Below are positions 24,566 through 37,239 of a stretch of 64,000 bases of DNA, one piece after another; position 1 is the first letter of the stretch, and every line of letters begins with the position of its first letter. The stretch comes from Vitrella brassicaformis CCMP3155 (taxonomy: Eukaryota; Protista; Chromerida). The translations under genes and the position numbers were made by a program. Below the pieces are notes generated by a model that saw only the letters and a program-made list of their open reading frames with translations, ran no database searches and was not told the DNA's origin. The stretch spans positions 1 through 64,000 of the forward strand of contig CDMY01000220.1 in the NCBI GenBank assembly GCA_001179505.1, read 5' to 3'.

Positions 24566-25640
24566 ATGGCACCTCCGGCAGCCCTGGGCCAGGTGCGTCT
24601 GCTGTTCTGAACTGACACACGACACGAGGCGGGACATCCACACGCTGTATGTTTCTCTGTGTGATCATGCATTGATTGATTGATTCCTCCAATGCAGGCA
24701 CTTCCCGGCCCTTTGGTGACAGAGGAGCCTCTCTTCGGCATCAGCCACATCAGCACTGAAGTGGTACGCCTTGACCCTGCTACATGCCATACATCCTATG
24801 CCATGCACCCGTCTCTGGCTTCTCTCGCTCTGTGTGTGTGTTTCATTCAGAGGAATGTGTGGTACCCGATCGCTGTTGAGCATGAGGTGCCGCGAAAGAG
24901 CGCGACGACCCGGCCCATTGGCACCCGGCTGCTTGGGGAGCCCATAGCCATCTTCAGGGACGAGCACAACGTCGTGCGCTGCCTGGCCGACAGATGCCCG
25001 CACAAGAACGGTCCGTCACGGTGGTAGCACGGAAACACATCCCTGCGTGTTGCCCGCCTGCCTGGCTGCAGCCAAGTTGTCTGTTGGGCGCGTTATGGAT
25101 GGGAAGCTCGAGTGCTTCTATCACGGCTGGCAGTTTGATAGCAAGACGGGCGAGGTCGACCACATCCCCTTCCTGCTGCCTGACAAACAGATACCCCCAC
25201 AGGCTAAGAGCAAGGTCTATCCGTGTGTGGAAAAGTACCATCTCATCTGGGTGTGGCCAGGTCAGACAGACAGAGACGACAGACAGACAGGCCCTTCAAC
25301 CGGCCGGGCACTTTGTGACTGACAGCCTGGATGGATGTGGTGTGCAATCAGGTGATGTTGACAAGGCCGACGAGAGTTTGATTCCCTGCTACCCTGAGTG
25401 GCTCGACAGCAAGCTCAACTTCTGGGGCCAGACGACCGAGATGCCAGTGGACCATGCCCTCTGGGTAGAGAACCTCATGGATCTGGCGCACACGCCATTC
25501 GTGCATGACGGCCAGTTCGCCAGGCGGTCGCAGGGGAAGCCACTTCGCTACGACACGAGAGCGACCAAGATCGGCCTCAAGGTGAGATCGGCACCAGATG
25601 GGCGAGGGAGGGTCCTGCTTCCTCAAGGCGGCTTTCATTC

Positions 25641-25710
<70 letters not shown>

Positions 25711-26767
25711 TATCAGGCCGACGTTGAGTTCATCGGTGCTGCGAAGCGCGACCCCAAGCAGGCGACGGAGTGGGTGGCGCCCTGTACCAGCATTGTCCGC
25801 ATCAACTTCCCGTCTGGCCGATTCCTCCACATCTTCTTCTACTCCATCCCAATGGGTAATGATACACACATAACATGCGTCTGTCTACCTGCAGCACCAT
25901 GCTCACTCTTGCGTGGTATGCTATGCGTGTGTGCACTGCAGCGCCCGGAATGACCCGGTTTGTGACGACGTTCTATAGGGACTGGGGTCATACTCTCAGT
26001 TGGATGGGTCGACTCGTCACGCACACGCCCCTCCGACACATGGCGTTCCTCGCCAGCTCCGCAGTGCAATTCCAGGACATGATCGCTGTAAGCGACACAC
26101 ACACCGACCGCACCGTCAGTCATGAGTGTTGGTCATGGATGCTTGTGTGTCGGTTCGGTTGCCGCTGCTGTCGTCAGATGACGTCACAGACACGCAACAT
26201 GAAGGAGGGGGCACCATCCCTGTCTGTGCCCATACAGGTCAGCCGGCCAGCAAGGCAACGACGGCAGGCGCCATGGTTGGTTGATGTGTGTTCCTCCCCG
26301 TGCCCTGCCCGTCTGTGGTGTGGTTCTTCCCATCCCATCATGCAGTGTGACGAGATGGCGCTCATGTACCGACGATGGTATCAGAAGGCTTTCATGAAAG
26401 ACGTCTGGTGGAAGGGGTAAGTACACACACGCACACACACACACACATGCATGTGTGTGGGATATGCGTCAGTCACGTCTGTGTCCATCCTGCACTGTCC
26501 ATCAGTTGGACCGGCGATTTGGACATCGAGGACCTCACCGAGTCCGTCGGCCACTCGTGCTTCGGGGCCGACTCATGCGGCCAGTACGAGCGCGACATCT
26601 CCCGTGCACACAACGCCCAGCCATATGTGGAGCGGTGGGCCTTTCTGCACCACAAGGCGGACCCTTTCAAGCCATCGTGGGCTGGGCAGGCGGCCCTTGT
26701 GCTGTCTGCCGGCGCTATTGGGGCGCTGGGGGCGGTGGTGGCCGTGCGGATGGCCAAGGCTGCTTAG
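24566..26767 (+). CDS. Rieske non-heme iron oxygenase (PAO/TIC55/CAO-like fold) with a C-terminal hydrophobic anchor
   Basis: Rieske ligands DRCPH...LECFYHGWQFD; mononuclear iron motif ENLMDLAHTPFVH; C-terminal AALVLSAGAIGALGAVVAVRMAKAA then stop at 26767. About 10 phase-consistent exons. Confidence 0.9.
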
Positions 26768-26805
26768 ACGGATAGATGGCTGGATGGATGTGTCCGTGGT
26801 GTGCT

Positions 26806-26871
26806 GCCGTTAATGCAGCCAGGCTGCACTGACGGACGGCCGTTAATGCAGCCAGGCTGCACTGACGGACG
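26806..26871 (+). repeat. Perfect 33-bp tandem duplication; each copy can form a hairpin; probably in the 3' UTR of the Rieske gene
   Basis: GCCGTTAATGCAGCCAGGCTGCACTGACGGACG occurs twice, starting 39 bp after the stop codon. Confidence 0.9.
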
Positions 26872-27985
26872 GACGTGGCAGTGACGATGAACGGAAGAAA
26901 GCCTTTCATGCTATGTGGTGTGTTGTGTTGTGTACTGGATAGTGCGCTACCTGCCATTTGCCGTGCTGATCTATCTGCCTTTTTCGTTGATGCGGACTGA
27001 CTGGCTGATGGATGGCATACACACATGCATTCATAGTGTACCTTATGCCATTTTCCTGGAGACCATTATCCACTCTTTCGCACAGACTCGCCGACATGCG
27101 TGCACTGCACGTGGTGTATACTGACTGCGGTGCCATACGGCATACTGCCTGATACATACCCGGCCCGAACTGTGCTCATCCCTCATCTTTTTGAAGGCCA
27201 GACCAGGGCAGTGAGTTAGTGGCGTGTTTGTGGATGTGTGTGTGTTGACGCCACTGACTAATTCATTTGAACACGTCGACACATGGACACGTTGAGCGCG
27301 TGGATGGCTGGATGGGTGGATGGCTCATGTGCGTGCGGTGACGGACTCTCAGAGAAGACAAGATGCTGTGGTGTGCGTCAAAATATCGAGTAGCATGTCA
27401 TTGATTGAAGTACTGAGTGAGTCAGTGGCACACCCCCGTCTGTCGACACCCAGCCACGTCTCTCTCTCTCTCATGACCGTCAAAGTATACGTACAGCAAA
27501 CTGTTCAAATGCATTACCATACGTCAAGGCGAAGGGACTGCGATAAAAAGCACAAACCAACCGAGTAAGAAGCAGCTAGCGGAGGAAAGGGCCAGGCCAC
27601 GCAAAGCGATCTAGCCTGCCTGATGCAACAATATCTTCATTCCATGCAGTCGCCCATCCCTCGACGACTGGAATGGGAGTGAGCAAGCGATTCTGCATAC
27701 ACGAGAGAGGTGGGACGGACAAGACATGGTCATGGGTGGACACACGGGGCACACAGATGGACAGACACATGACCAACATCCCACCGCATGAATAAAACAC
27801 TGCCGCACAGCTCTAGCTACGACGCCGCTCACGGCAACAACACTTCTCACTAAGACGATCGACCAACAAACACCTACACTGTAAGAAGACACTGTAACAA
27901 TCACATCACACCACATCACATCACAACCGTGCTTCCCATCACGCCATGGGTCTTGTCCACCAATCGGACGGGCGAAAAAATGCTG

Positions 27986-28351
27986 TCACTTGTTGTTGTC
28001 GGGGTGGTAGCGTGGATTCTGCTCAGGCGGCGTGTGCTTCTCTGCAAACAAACAAACACACACACACACACATTGCAAACACCAAATACGAGCATTGAGC
28101 ATGTTCTCTCTCCCGCCCGCACCATGAACAATCTTGTCCTCCTTGTCGAATACTCGGAAGTCCGTCGAGCCATCTTCGTTCTGCTTGAACCGGCTCTCGG
28201 TCCTGCCCTCCGCGTTCTTGTTGTCGTACTCGAACTCGCCTCCGGCTGCTTTGCCAGGGCCGTGGTGGATCCAGTCGTTGCCTTGCTTGTTGGTGCCCTC
28301 GCGTTTCTCGTCTGACACGCGGGGAGGCTTGCTCGGCTCCTGACTCGACAT
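27986..28351 (-). CDS. Small hydrophilic hypothetical protein (about 95 aa, 2 exons)
   Basis: MSSQEPSKPPRVSDEKREGTNKQGNDWIHHGPGKAAGGEFEYDNKNAEGRTESRFKQNEDGSTDFRVFDKEDKIVH, a GT-AG intron, then EKHTPPEQNPRYHPDNNK-stop. Confidence 0.6.
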   Translation of the reverse strand: MSSQEPSKPPRVSDEKREGTNKQGNDWIHHGPGKAAGGEFEYDNKNAEGRTESRFKQNEDGSTDFRVFDKEDKIVHGAGGRENMLNARIWCLQCVCVCVCLFAEKHTPPEQNPRYHPDNNK

Positions 28352-28863
28352 CTCTGCCAGCAGCGGTGGCGGTTTTGGGCATGCCCTAAACGATCAAGCT
28401 CGCAAGCGTCGCTGCGTGAAACAGCCTCTGTTCGCGTCTTCTTCCCCGTTCCGACGTGCGCAGTTGATGCTGAGAAGGTAGTCTGGCGGCTGAAAACCCA
28501 AAACAATGCGGTAGAAGCGCGAAAAGCCGCCACTGGGTCACAATGCGCAGCTCCGGGCATCGTTGATGCGTTGTGTGGCGTGGGCGGCTTGTGGTGTGTC
28601 TCACAGGTGCGGTACTGCTTGGATAGCTCAACGGTAGTACGTGCGGACTTGGATTCCGCCAAGGTGAGGCGGGAGGAAGGACGAGAGGATGAGGCAGCAG
28701 CAAGAGCTGAGGGGGCGTGTTGACACGTAGCGACGTTCACAGAGGGTCCATCAGACGCCTCCCGCACCCCTGAGCACCTCCTGTTGTGTTATGATGGTCA
28801 GGCCGTTACCCACCCTCCTACGGCGTGAGGGGAGGCAGTGGGCGCCCTTTCTGCTGTGGCCCT

Positions 28864-31294
28864 ATGAGTTCCCTGGCGCCAGGCTCTGCCTGCGGCCCCT
28901 CCCGCACCCGATCCCGCCGTCCCCTGGTCCCCACTCGGTATTTGGATTTCGAGTGCGCCACGGCCGCTCTGCAGGAGGGTGACGATAACCTTAAGGGCGG
29001 TGGTGAGGACGAGGAGGTGGTGACCAAGGAGGAGCTGATGGCGGCCGAGGCTGAGGAAGAGGAGGAGGGCGGCAAGTCGCCCGTCAGGGGCACTGACGAG
29101 GCCAAGAGCACCATATACGGCGTCTACTTCCATGAGCAGAAACACGTACGTACAGTACAGTACAGGGAGGCAGGCATGGGAGAGATGAGGGTACCCATGA
29201 GCTGGGCGGAAGGGATGGGCATGTGTGGCTGTTGTCTTGTGTTGTCTGTGTTGTGTCTGCAGGAGTGGCGGGCCCGATACATAGATGGGTGTGGCGATCG
29301 CAGGATGAAAACGTTCTCAACGAATGTATACACACACCACACCGCACCCACGCATCCACACGCAACACACACCCATCCCTGTCTGTCTGTCTGTCTGTCT
29401 GTGGTTCAGAAATACGGTTTTGCCGAGGCCAAGCGTCTGGCTGAGTCGTGGGTCAAGGACTACGGGAGGAGCCTCCCGGACCCCAACACGTCCCGCAAGG
29501 CCAACCCCAAGCGCCGCAAGCACGGCAAGTCCGGCGGAGCCTCACGCAGATCCAGGGCCGCACTCGCACTCGCCGCCCAGCCCCCTCCCGCCACCACGGC
29601 GTCGCCTGAGGAGATCGCCCGACTAGACGAGGCGCATAAGTGCGTCAAGGCGCTCGGCCTGGAGCTGTCCGCCGACCAGGTGGAGAAGGCGCTGAGGGAG
29701 GGCCTAGACTTCCAGATCCTCATCGAGCAGCGGGCTCGCGGGGCCGTCAAGACCGACCTAGATGACACCACTGCGCCGGGTTCAAGCGAGGGCAGCGGCA
29801 ACACCCAGACTGATAACGAGATGATGGTCGAGAACCAGAGCAACAGCAACGACGAGTCTGGCGGCGGCAAGGAGGGCAACGGCCTGCCCCCGCGGCAGCG
29901 CCTCCTCCCCCTGCTCAAGCAGGGCAGCAGCGAGGGGCTGTCGACCATCGGCGGCCGCACGGCTGCCCTCATGGCCACAGAGACCCTCATGTCGTCTCGT
30001 AGTGCTGGTGCCAAGGAGGACCTGCTCATGGGAGGGGCGGCCAACGGCCGACACGACCACGAGTCGAATAGCCCTAACGTGCTCGCCAACGCGCCCCTGC
30101 TGTGCCCGTCATCCCCGCCCGGCAACACGACCGAAGACATCTCGCCCTCCAGCGGCATGGGCCGGCTCTCGTCGGCCCCCCCACTAGACGCCGTGCAGCA
30201 GCATGGCGGTGGTAGCACTAATTGGCGGTGTGGCAAGGGGGAGGGGGAGGGCTGCGGTGAGGGCGAGGGTGCAGGAGGTGAGGAGATGATGTGCTCGTTC
30301 AAGCACAAGTGGACGGACCTGGTGGATAACGGGGGCGTTGGCGTGCCCGAGGGCGGCATGAGCCCGTCCAAGCTTGCGGCTGCCGATGGTGATGGTGATG
30401 GGAGTAGCGCCAACCCAACGCTCTACCTTAAGGTGCGTGCGTGGGCCACGAGGAAGGGGGATGGATGACACATACATAAGTGGGATTGGCCGGCATGTCG
30501 TCTGTCTGTCTGTCTGTGTGGTTGCCTTGCGTGTGTGCATCATCAATCAGGTTGCTTACATGCACGTCGATACATGCAAGTACCGATACTTCCCCTTAGA
30601 GGTACATTCTCACACGACACAGACCGTGTCATGTGCTTGTAGTGTCCATCCATCCATCCATCCGTCTGTGTGTCAGAGTGGCCGCGAGTCCGTTGGTGTC
30701 GACGCTGCTCGTGCGTTCCACCGCGAGGTAGTGAGCCGCGGGCTGGTCCCGCCGCCCGGGGCGACCAAACGGAACAAACGCAGGCGCGACTGTAAGCGAC
30801 CCGACACAAGAAAGATATGGGTTTGTGGATGTATATGTGTGCGGTGCTGCGTGCGACCACCATGTGCAGCTCTCGAGTCGGGTCACGGTGTGCGTTCGCA
30901 CCGCAAGGGCCGAGCACCTCCCGCCCTAAGGGTGAGCACACACACGCAGACGCATGCGCCCCCTACATGTATATGCCGTGGTTGCGTGTCTCTGTCATTT
31001 GTGCAGCGTGTTAGTTCCGGTTTGACGCAGGACGGCATCACTGAGTTGGACCACGAGATGTCGAGCAGCCCATCGCACCTTCGCCAGTCGCCCCGGTCGT
31101 CCAAGAGGCTGCGGGTAGCCCAGCCCCCCCACACCCAGCCGGAGCCGCTCGACCCAGTCATGGCCGCCGTGCCACCCCGCTGGCGAGACCTCATCGGCAT
31201 GTGCCTCGTCGTCACCGTCAGCTCGGGCGGGCCGTCCGCCACGCGAGTGACGATGCCGCCCCTGCGGCCCGAGATGGTGACGCCCGTCTGTTGA
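28864..31294 (+). CDS. ApiAP2-type transcription factor (one canonical AP2 domain, one possible degenerate domain)
   Basis: The spliced domain IYGVYFHEQKH-EWRARYIDGCGDRRMKTFSTN-KYGFAEAKRLAESW is a canonical apicomplexan AP2 pattern. It is followed by a basic NLS-like stretch (KANPKRRKHGK) and long low-complexity linkers. Confidence 0.85.
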
Positions 31295-34200
31295 CCGACA
31301 GATGGCGGCGTCATCCATCCATTAGTCAGCATAAGCGGCCACCTGTGCAGAAATAGAGGGTGCTGGAGGGGCGATAGAGGGCGGGGGGGGGGCGGGGGGG
31401 TTGATTCCTTTTTGATGATACGATACATGGATGGATGAATGAGTGTGCATGCGTGTCGGTGTTGTGTTGGCGCCTGTGGCCTGGATGGATCCGTGCATAA
31501 TGGCTGACCGGATGGCTGGATGGATGTGTTGCATGTCTTGCCGTGGATTTGTGTGCCTGCGTCTGCCTGCAAGTGTCTGCGTGTTTGTTGCGGCCATCCA
31601 TCAGTGCGGTGGATGGCCGCGGCGCTTCTCTCGCTTCTCTCTGCTGTGACTAACTAACAGAAGGGAAAGAAACCTCCCTTCGTGTTACTCTTTCTGTCTG
31701 CCTGTGGTCTCTCGATCTGCATTGTGAAGCTCCCTGCGTGATTGAATGAGTGGACGGGCAGGGAGGTGGGCGTGGCGTAGAGGCGGGTCTCTGGGTGGGT
31801 CGCAGGCAGCGAGCAGGCGAATAGCCCTCGGTTGATCGCCTCGATAGCTGGGTGCTGGCCAGATGGGTGGAAGGGTGGGTGGGTGGGTGGGTGATGAATC
31901 TTCATTCAAACACATCCCAAGACTCTCTCTCTTTCTCTCTCTGTTGCTCGAGGTAGGCAGAAACATGCCAACCAACCAACGATCTGACTGCAAATGAACC
32001 ATTCACTGAAACACCCTCTCCATGACGAATGTGTGCGTCGCCTGCCTGCCTGCCTGCCCGCTCACTTGCACGTTTGTCTCCTCTAACCTGTCTCCTCTAA
32101 CCTGCCTGATTGATGCTCACCTGATGGATGGACGTGTGTGTGTGTTTTGGCGGTGACGTGATAGCTGCTGCATCTTCTACCTGATGACGACGGCCCATTG
32201 ATATCGATTTCACTTACGACCTGACACAGAAAAAGGCTGTTTGTTGCAGGTAGGTGGGCAAGGGCGTGGCTTAACCGGCAGAGAGGTGATAAGACAGATG
32301 CAGCTGACGTCCACACTTGACTTCCCGACACGCCCTCAGGCACTCGCCCTGCCGACCTGCCTGTCTGCCTGCTTGCCTGCCTGCCTGCCTGCGACATGCA
32401 TCGGTTTTCCGACAGCTGAGTGTCATCCTGGCTTACTGCTGTGTGTGTACGTGTACGTGTATGTTGGTGTGTGCATGAGCGAGAGTGTGTTGAAAAGGGT
32501 GGCTTGGGTTGCATGTCGGCTTTTTTGACTGGCTGAGCGATGCATGGCGAGAGATAGCCTGAACTGGCTTGATCGAACACATGCTGACCGGCATGACACT
32601 CGCACCGCACAGCACACACACACATGAGCAGAGACGTACGTACGGGCGGACACGCCTACTTGCAGTGAGAGCGGACTTGTGAGTAACTCGATGAGTGTTT
32701 TCCTTCATGCGCGTACGTACTCTGCAGATGTGCATGAATCGCAATGGTCCTGACTGCCGTTTGGGTGCGTTGACGCATGGATGGATGGGTGTGTGGGGCG
32801 AATGGATGGATGGATGGATGGATGGATGGACAATGGACGGCTGACTGAGGGTACTATTCGCCGTTTGGTATGCTGGATGGATGGGTGGGTCGTTTGTTTG
32901 TCCCTCTCTTTCGAGTGTCAGCTATTTTTCTCTACTTCATATTGACATACAGACAATCGAAGGGGCTCTTCATGTGTGCGAGACACGGTCGATATGTATG
33001 TATGTCTGTATTTGATGGATTGATTTCAAACGGTCCGACAACATGGAGCGCATTGCAAGCAAATGCAGCCACGACATGAGGAAAAGCAATTGACGCTACA
33101 TGTAAGGCTACAAGGGAATCGGTGAAAAAATGTCAGTACTAGAGGATGTCTATTTGCACCACCAGAAGCGTAAGAGGGATGCCCGTCCAGCCATGAGGAA
33201 AGTAAGTGCAGGAAGGAAACGGCCTCAACAGCTGATAATACGCGTCGATATCAGCTTCTTGCCATCTCGCTTCACGATGGCATCCAGGTGCTTGATAATG
33301 TCTATTTGCACCACCTATATATCCTTTCTTGTAGCCGATGAATGATAGTGCCTGACCAAGTAATCGGTGCCTGGTGCGAACAGCCGGTATTATTGAGTGT
33401 GTCTTCACTCGTATTCGTCGCCGGCAAATTCAGCATTCATCCTGACAAGCAGCCGATAGCCACAATGATGACATACAGGACAGAGAGAAGCATGACTGTG
33501 TGTTTGTCGTGCATGGCTCTGTTGTCTGTGTCAGGTTACTCGACGAAGCCAGTGCATTGATTGGTGTACTTTGGGCATTTCATGTAAACCGCTGTTACTT
33601 CGACAGCGAATGCAGACGATGCTGATGGGTTTCGCGTTGACCTCTGATGAGTGAGACTCAGTGGTGACGTGACCATCGGCGGAGGCGTGGCCGCCCTGTC
33701 CTTTGCCGCTGTGCCGGATACGTCGGATACGGTAACTCTCACCCAGCCTAAGACAGACAGGTATTAACAGAGATATATGGGCAAAGCAATGGTGAACTGA
33801 CTTCCTTCCCCGGTGAACTGACGAGCATGGGTGGTACGGCGAATCCTTTTGCCAAGCTTCTTACACCACTCGTCACAAAAAGGTCAGCTCCTGCCATGCT
33901 CAGTATCGCCTCCAGGGTGAAGTAGAAATGCTGCAGGTACTGGGGGAAGAAGACACCCACTGCTGAGTGCTGGCAAGCGTCTCCCATGTCGATTGTCATA
34001 CACAACACTCAGAGAAGTGAACTGAACAGAAACGGATCCATACCCAGTGATGTTCCTCGTGTGGGTCATGAGGGCTTACGTCGACAAAGCAGGCTGCCAG
34101 CCAAAGGTGATCTGACTGCAAAGACAGAAAGGAAAGGTGCGGGATGGAAGAGAAAGAGCAGCTTAGCTGGTTATTGTTACCAGCACTGTGGTCCTTCACC

Positions 34201-34849
34201 GTCGAAGCTGGACATCAGACGCTGCTCGGAGTTGCAAAACGCTGGGACGGCAAGGAAAGGCCCTCTGGTAACTCAGAGAAGAGGACACATGACCCAGATG
34301 TTGAGACGAGGCACGTATGAGAGGCCGAACATTGCTTACCATCTCTTCGGACCCTCGAGTCGTCAAACTCGATAAGCCTCTTATTGTCCTGCATACAGAA
34401 AGAGGTGTTCATTTTATGGTCATATTCATTCATCGCTCTCACGTGTGGGTGGACCATGACGCACTTACAGTGCCTCCTGTTGACCACGTGTGGGGTGCTA
34501 AAATGTCGTACGTGTACGATGAACAAATGAAGCAGACAAGTTCTTGTGGTTTTGTCATTTGGGTTTTCTGGTCTTCAACGCTATTGCCTGAGATACCGAG
34601 GCATATTGAGGACAGCACGTTGACACTTTAGGCAACACACACAGAGGACAGCTGGCTGGCAAAAACTGAGAGGCCCAATGACCCTGTAAACACATAGTGT
34701 CCCACGCGTTTTACTGTCTTACTGCCAAACGGTGGCCAGCGATTTTGTGAAGCTGTCCCTGTTTTCTTCGTTGCCTCTTTGCTTGCTGAAGTGCTGTGGC
34801 GCCGCCGAAATAAAGAAGTAAGTGTTGAGGGATCGGATAGCAAACAAGT

Positions 34850-36700
34850 TCAAGACCGCGACTGGCAGTGACACACAAAAGAGGAGATCCCTAAAAGAAA
34901 ACGAATGGCTGAAGGCCATCTCATGGCTTTCTCACGGTGATGTGGGCCGTTTTTTATGGCCAGCAGAGACGGGACCACCTTGGCGCCGTGCTTCTCAGGG
35001 CTCTTCAGCTGGTTGTCCTTGTTGCTGACGGCGATGCGGGCCAGAAGGAGACTGGCGTCCTCCTCGAGTTCCTCATTCAAAGCAGCAGGCAGGAGCTTGT
35101 CCAAGGCCTGTCGCAAGGCCACGGCCTCTGGCTGCTGACTGGCCGACGGCTCCGTGGTCTTTTGCTCCTCGTTCATCACCGCACGCAAGACGTCCAGCTG
35201 CCGGTTCACCATCTGGTTGGGGTCCCTGTCGTTCTCCACGCGAGGCATGAGCTACACCAGCAAGACGTGAAGGGACAACATTCCCGTTCCTTCCATGTAT
35301 TAAGCGTGGATACCTTGTCTAGGTTGTGTACGATGGCCGGGTACTCCGTCTCGGCGAGAGTCTGCCTGTTGCTGGCCTGCACAGCCCCAAACAACCAATC
35401 ACCCCCACCGGCAACCGACGGCCCCCTCTTTTACGAGCGACCCCCTCTTTTACGAGCCACCTGTTTGTTTGCGTCTGTCATCGGCTCGTCTCTTNNNNNN
35501 NNNNNNNNNNNNNNNNNNNNNNNNNNNNNNNNNNNNNNNNNNNNNNNNNNNNNNNNNNNNNNNNNNNNNNNNNNNNNNNNNNNNNNNNNNNNNNNNNNNN
35601 NNNNNNNNNNNNNNNNNNNNNNNNNNNNNNNNNNNNNNNNNNNNNNNNNNNNNNNNNNNNNNNNNNNNNNNNNNNNNNNNNNNNNNNNNNNNNNNNNNNN
35701 NNNNNNNNNNNNNNNNNNNNNNNNNNNNNNNNNNNNNNNNNNNNNNNNNNNNNNNNNNNNNNNNNNNNNNNNNNNNNNNNNNNNNNNNNNNNNNCCCGCC
35801 GTTCTTCTCCTGCTTGTTTTGACCCCTTTCCACTCTGCCCACCCAGCACAACAGTCACCCTTGCCAGCATCCGATGACCCCCTCTTTTATGAGTAGCCTG
35901 TTGCTCTGAGTGGTTTGTCTGTCCATCTGTGTCCGCCTCCTGCTGCACTTCTTGGCCCCTATGTCGTGCTCCGCTCTTCTCCTGCCACACAGAAAAGAAC
36001 TTTTGAGTTCGGCACCCCGCACATGTGTATGCAGTAGTGTTGCCTGTTGCTGGGGCTTGCTCGCGGCTGAAGCATCTTCCTGTGGGATAAACAACAGTGC
36101 AAGAAGCGTTGCAAGAAGTGTGCGCGAGCAAACTACATGGCCGGCTCTCTTATAAGTCACCTGCTCGTAAGCCGCCTGTCTGTCTTTGTCCGCCTCCCAC
36201 TGCTGTTCTTCACGGCCGCTTTGTTGTGGTTCCTTCTCAACCTGCCAAGCAGAGAAAGGCCAAGTTCGGCATCCGCCCGCACATGTGCATGGAATGGTCT
36301 TGCCTGCTGCTGGGTCTTGCTCTCGGCTGAAGCATCTTCCTGAATGAGAAACGAATCGTGAAAGCTCATAGCTTTCTCACGGTGATGCTCGCCGTTTGTC
36401 ATGGCCAGAATAGATGGGAACACCCTTTGGCCTTGCTTTTCAGGGCTCTTCAGCTGGTTGTCCTTAAATGAATGGCCACACAACAGCACTGGATGCACCG
36501 TGAATCCCTCCTCCTCCAGCATCGACCGAAAGGCAGTCCACCGTCGCTTCACCATCTCTTTGGTGAATCGTTGACTGTTGCAAAGGATGCGAGGACGGTT
36601 GGATGACGATGACAATCCACCGGAGCCGCCATGTACACTGATGCAGACAATAGGATGCAGAGCACGGGAACATGAGACACACACACCCTCCTGCTTTGGC
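34850..36700 (-). repeat. Diverged internally duplicated coding-like region spanning an assembly gap
   Basis: KDNQLKSPEK...HHREKAM is encoded twice (about 34915-35020 and 36365-36465). GAAGATGCTTCAGCCG...CCAGCA(A/G)CAGGCA occurs at about 36040-36080 and 36300-36342. CCCCCTCTTTTA(C/T)GAG recurs at about 35420-35455 and 35880. Confidence 0.6.
35495..35794. other. Assembly gap (300 N)
   Basis: N run. Confidence 1.
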
Positions 36701-37239
36701 CTTCATGCTGACACGATCTACTCTTGCACGCCAAACGCATTCGCTTACTGTCGTTGGAGATGTCCTTGATGGAGATGGAGTCGCCGCTCGCTGAACACAA
36801 ACATGCGAACAGAACTGATGCAAATAAAAGAGCACAGCGTGGCGAGAGGTTTGATTACTGAGTTCTATGAAGATGTCGCTGAACTTGACGAACAAGGCCC
36901 AGCTATCGAACAAACACCAACTGCAGTGAGCTAAAAAACTGTGTTGCCATGACCGCCTTGTGTGTCTTTACCTGGCATTGCAGTCTTTCATGCAGTGGAA
37001 GTAGCGCTGCGGTCATGCCTTGCATTGTCACCTAACACACACACACAAGTCCATTGCAACACACATCAGCCATTCAGATCGACCAGCCATCCATCCATCC
37101 ATCCGTTCACCTGAGGTGTTTGATCCGCATCGGGCGATCGTGGCTCCAACACGGACAAGGGAAGGGGAGGGAGGGAAGGAAGAAGGGAAGGAAGGAAGAC
37201 ATAGAGGTGGATCGGATAGCAGATTGGGTGCAGTGGATC

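Noticed and set aside
24566-26767. Calling the Rieske protein chlorophyllide a oxygenase (CAO) or PAO
   Set aside because: The motifs identify only the family. There is no plastid leader and chromerids lack chlorophyll b, so a specific name is not supportable.
31300-33100. Hidden gene or RNA in the long intergenic stretch after the AP2 gene
   Set aside because: Dominated by simple repeats, with no exon chain or structured-RNA signature visible.
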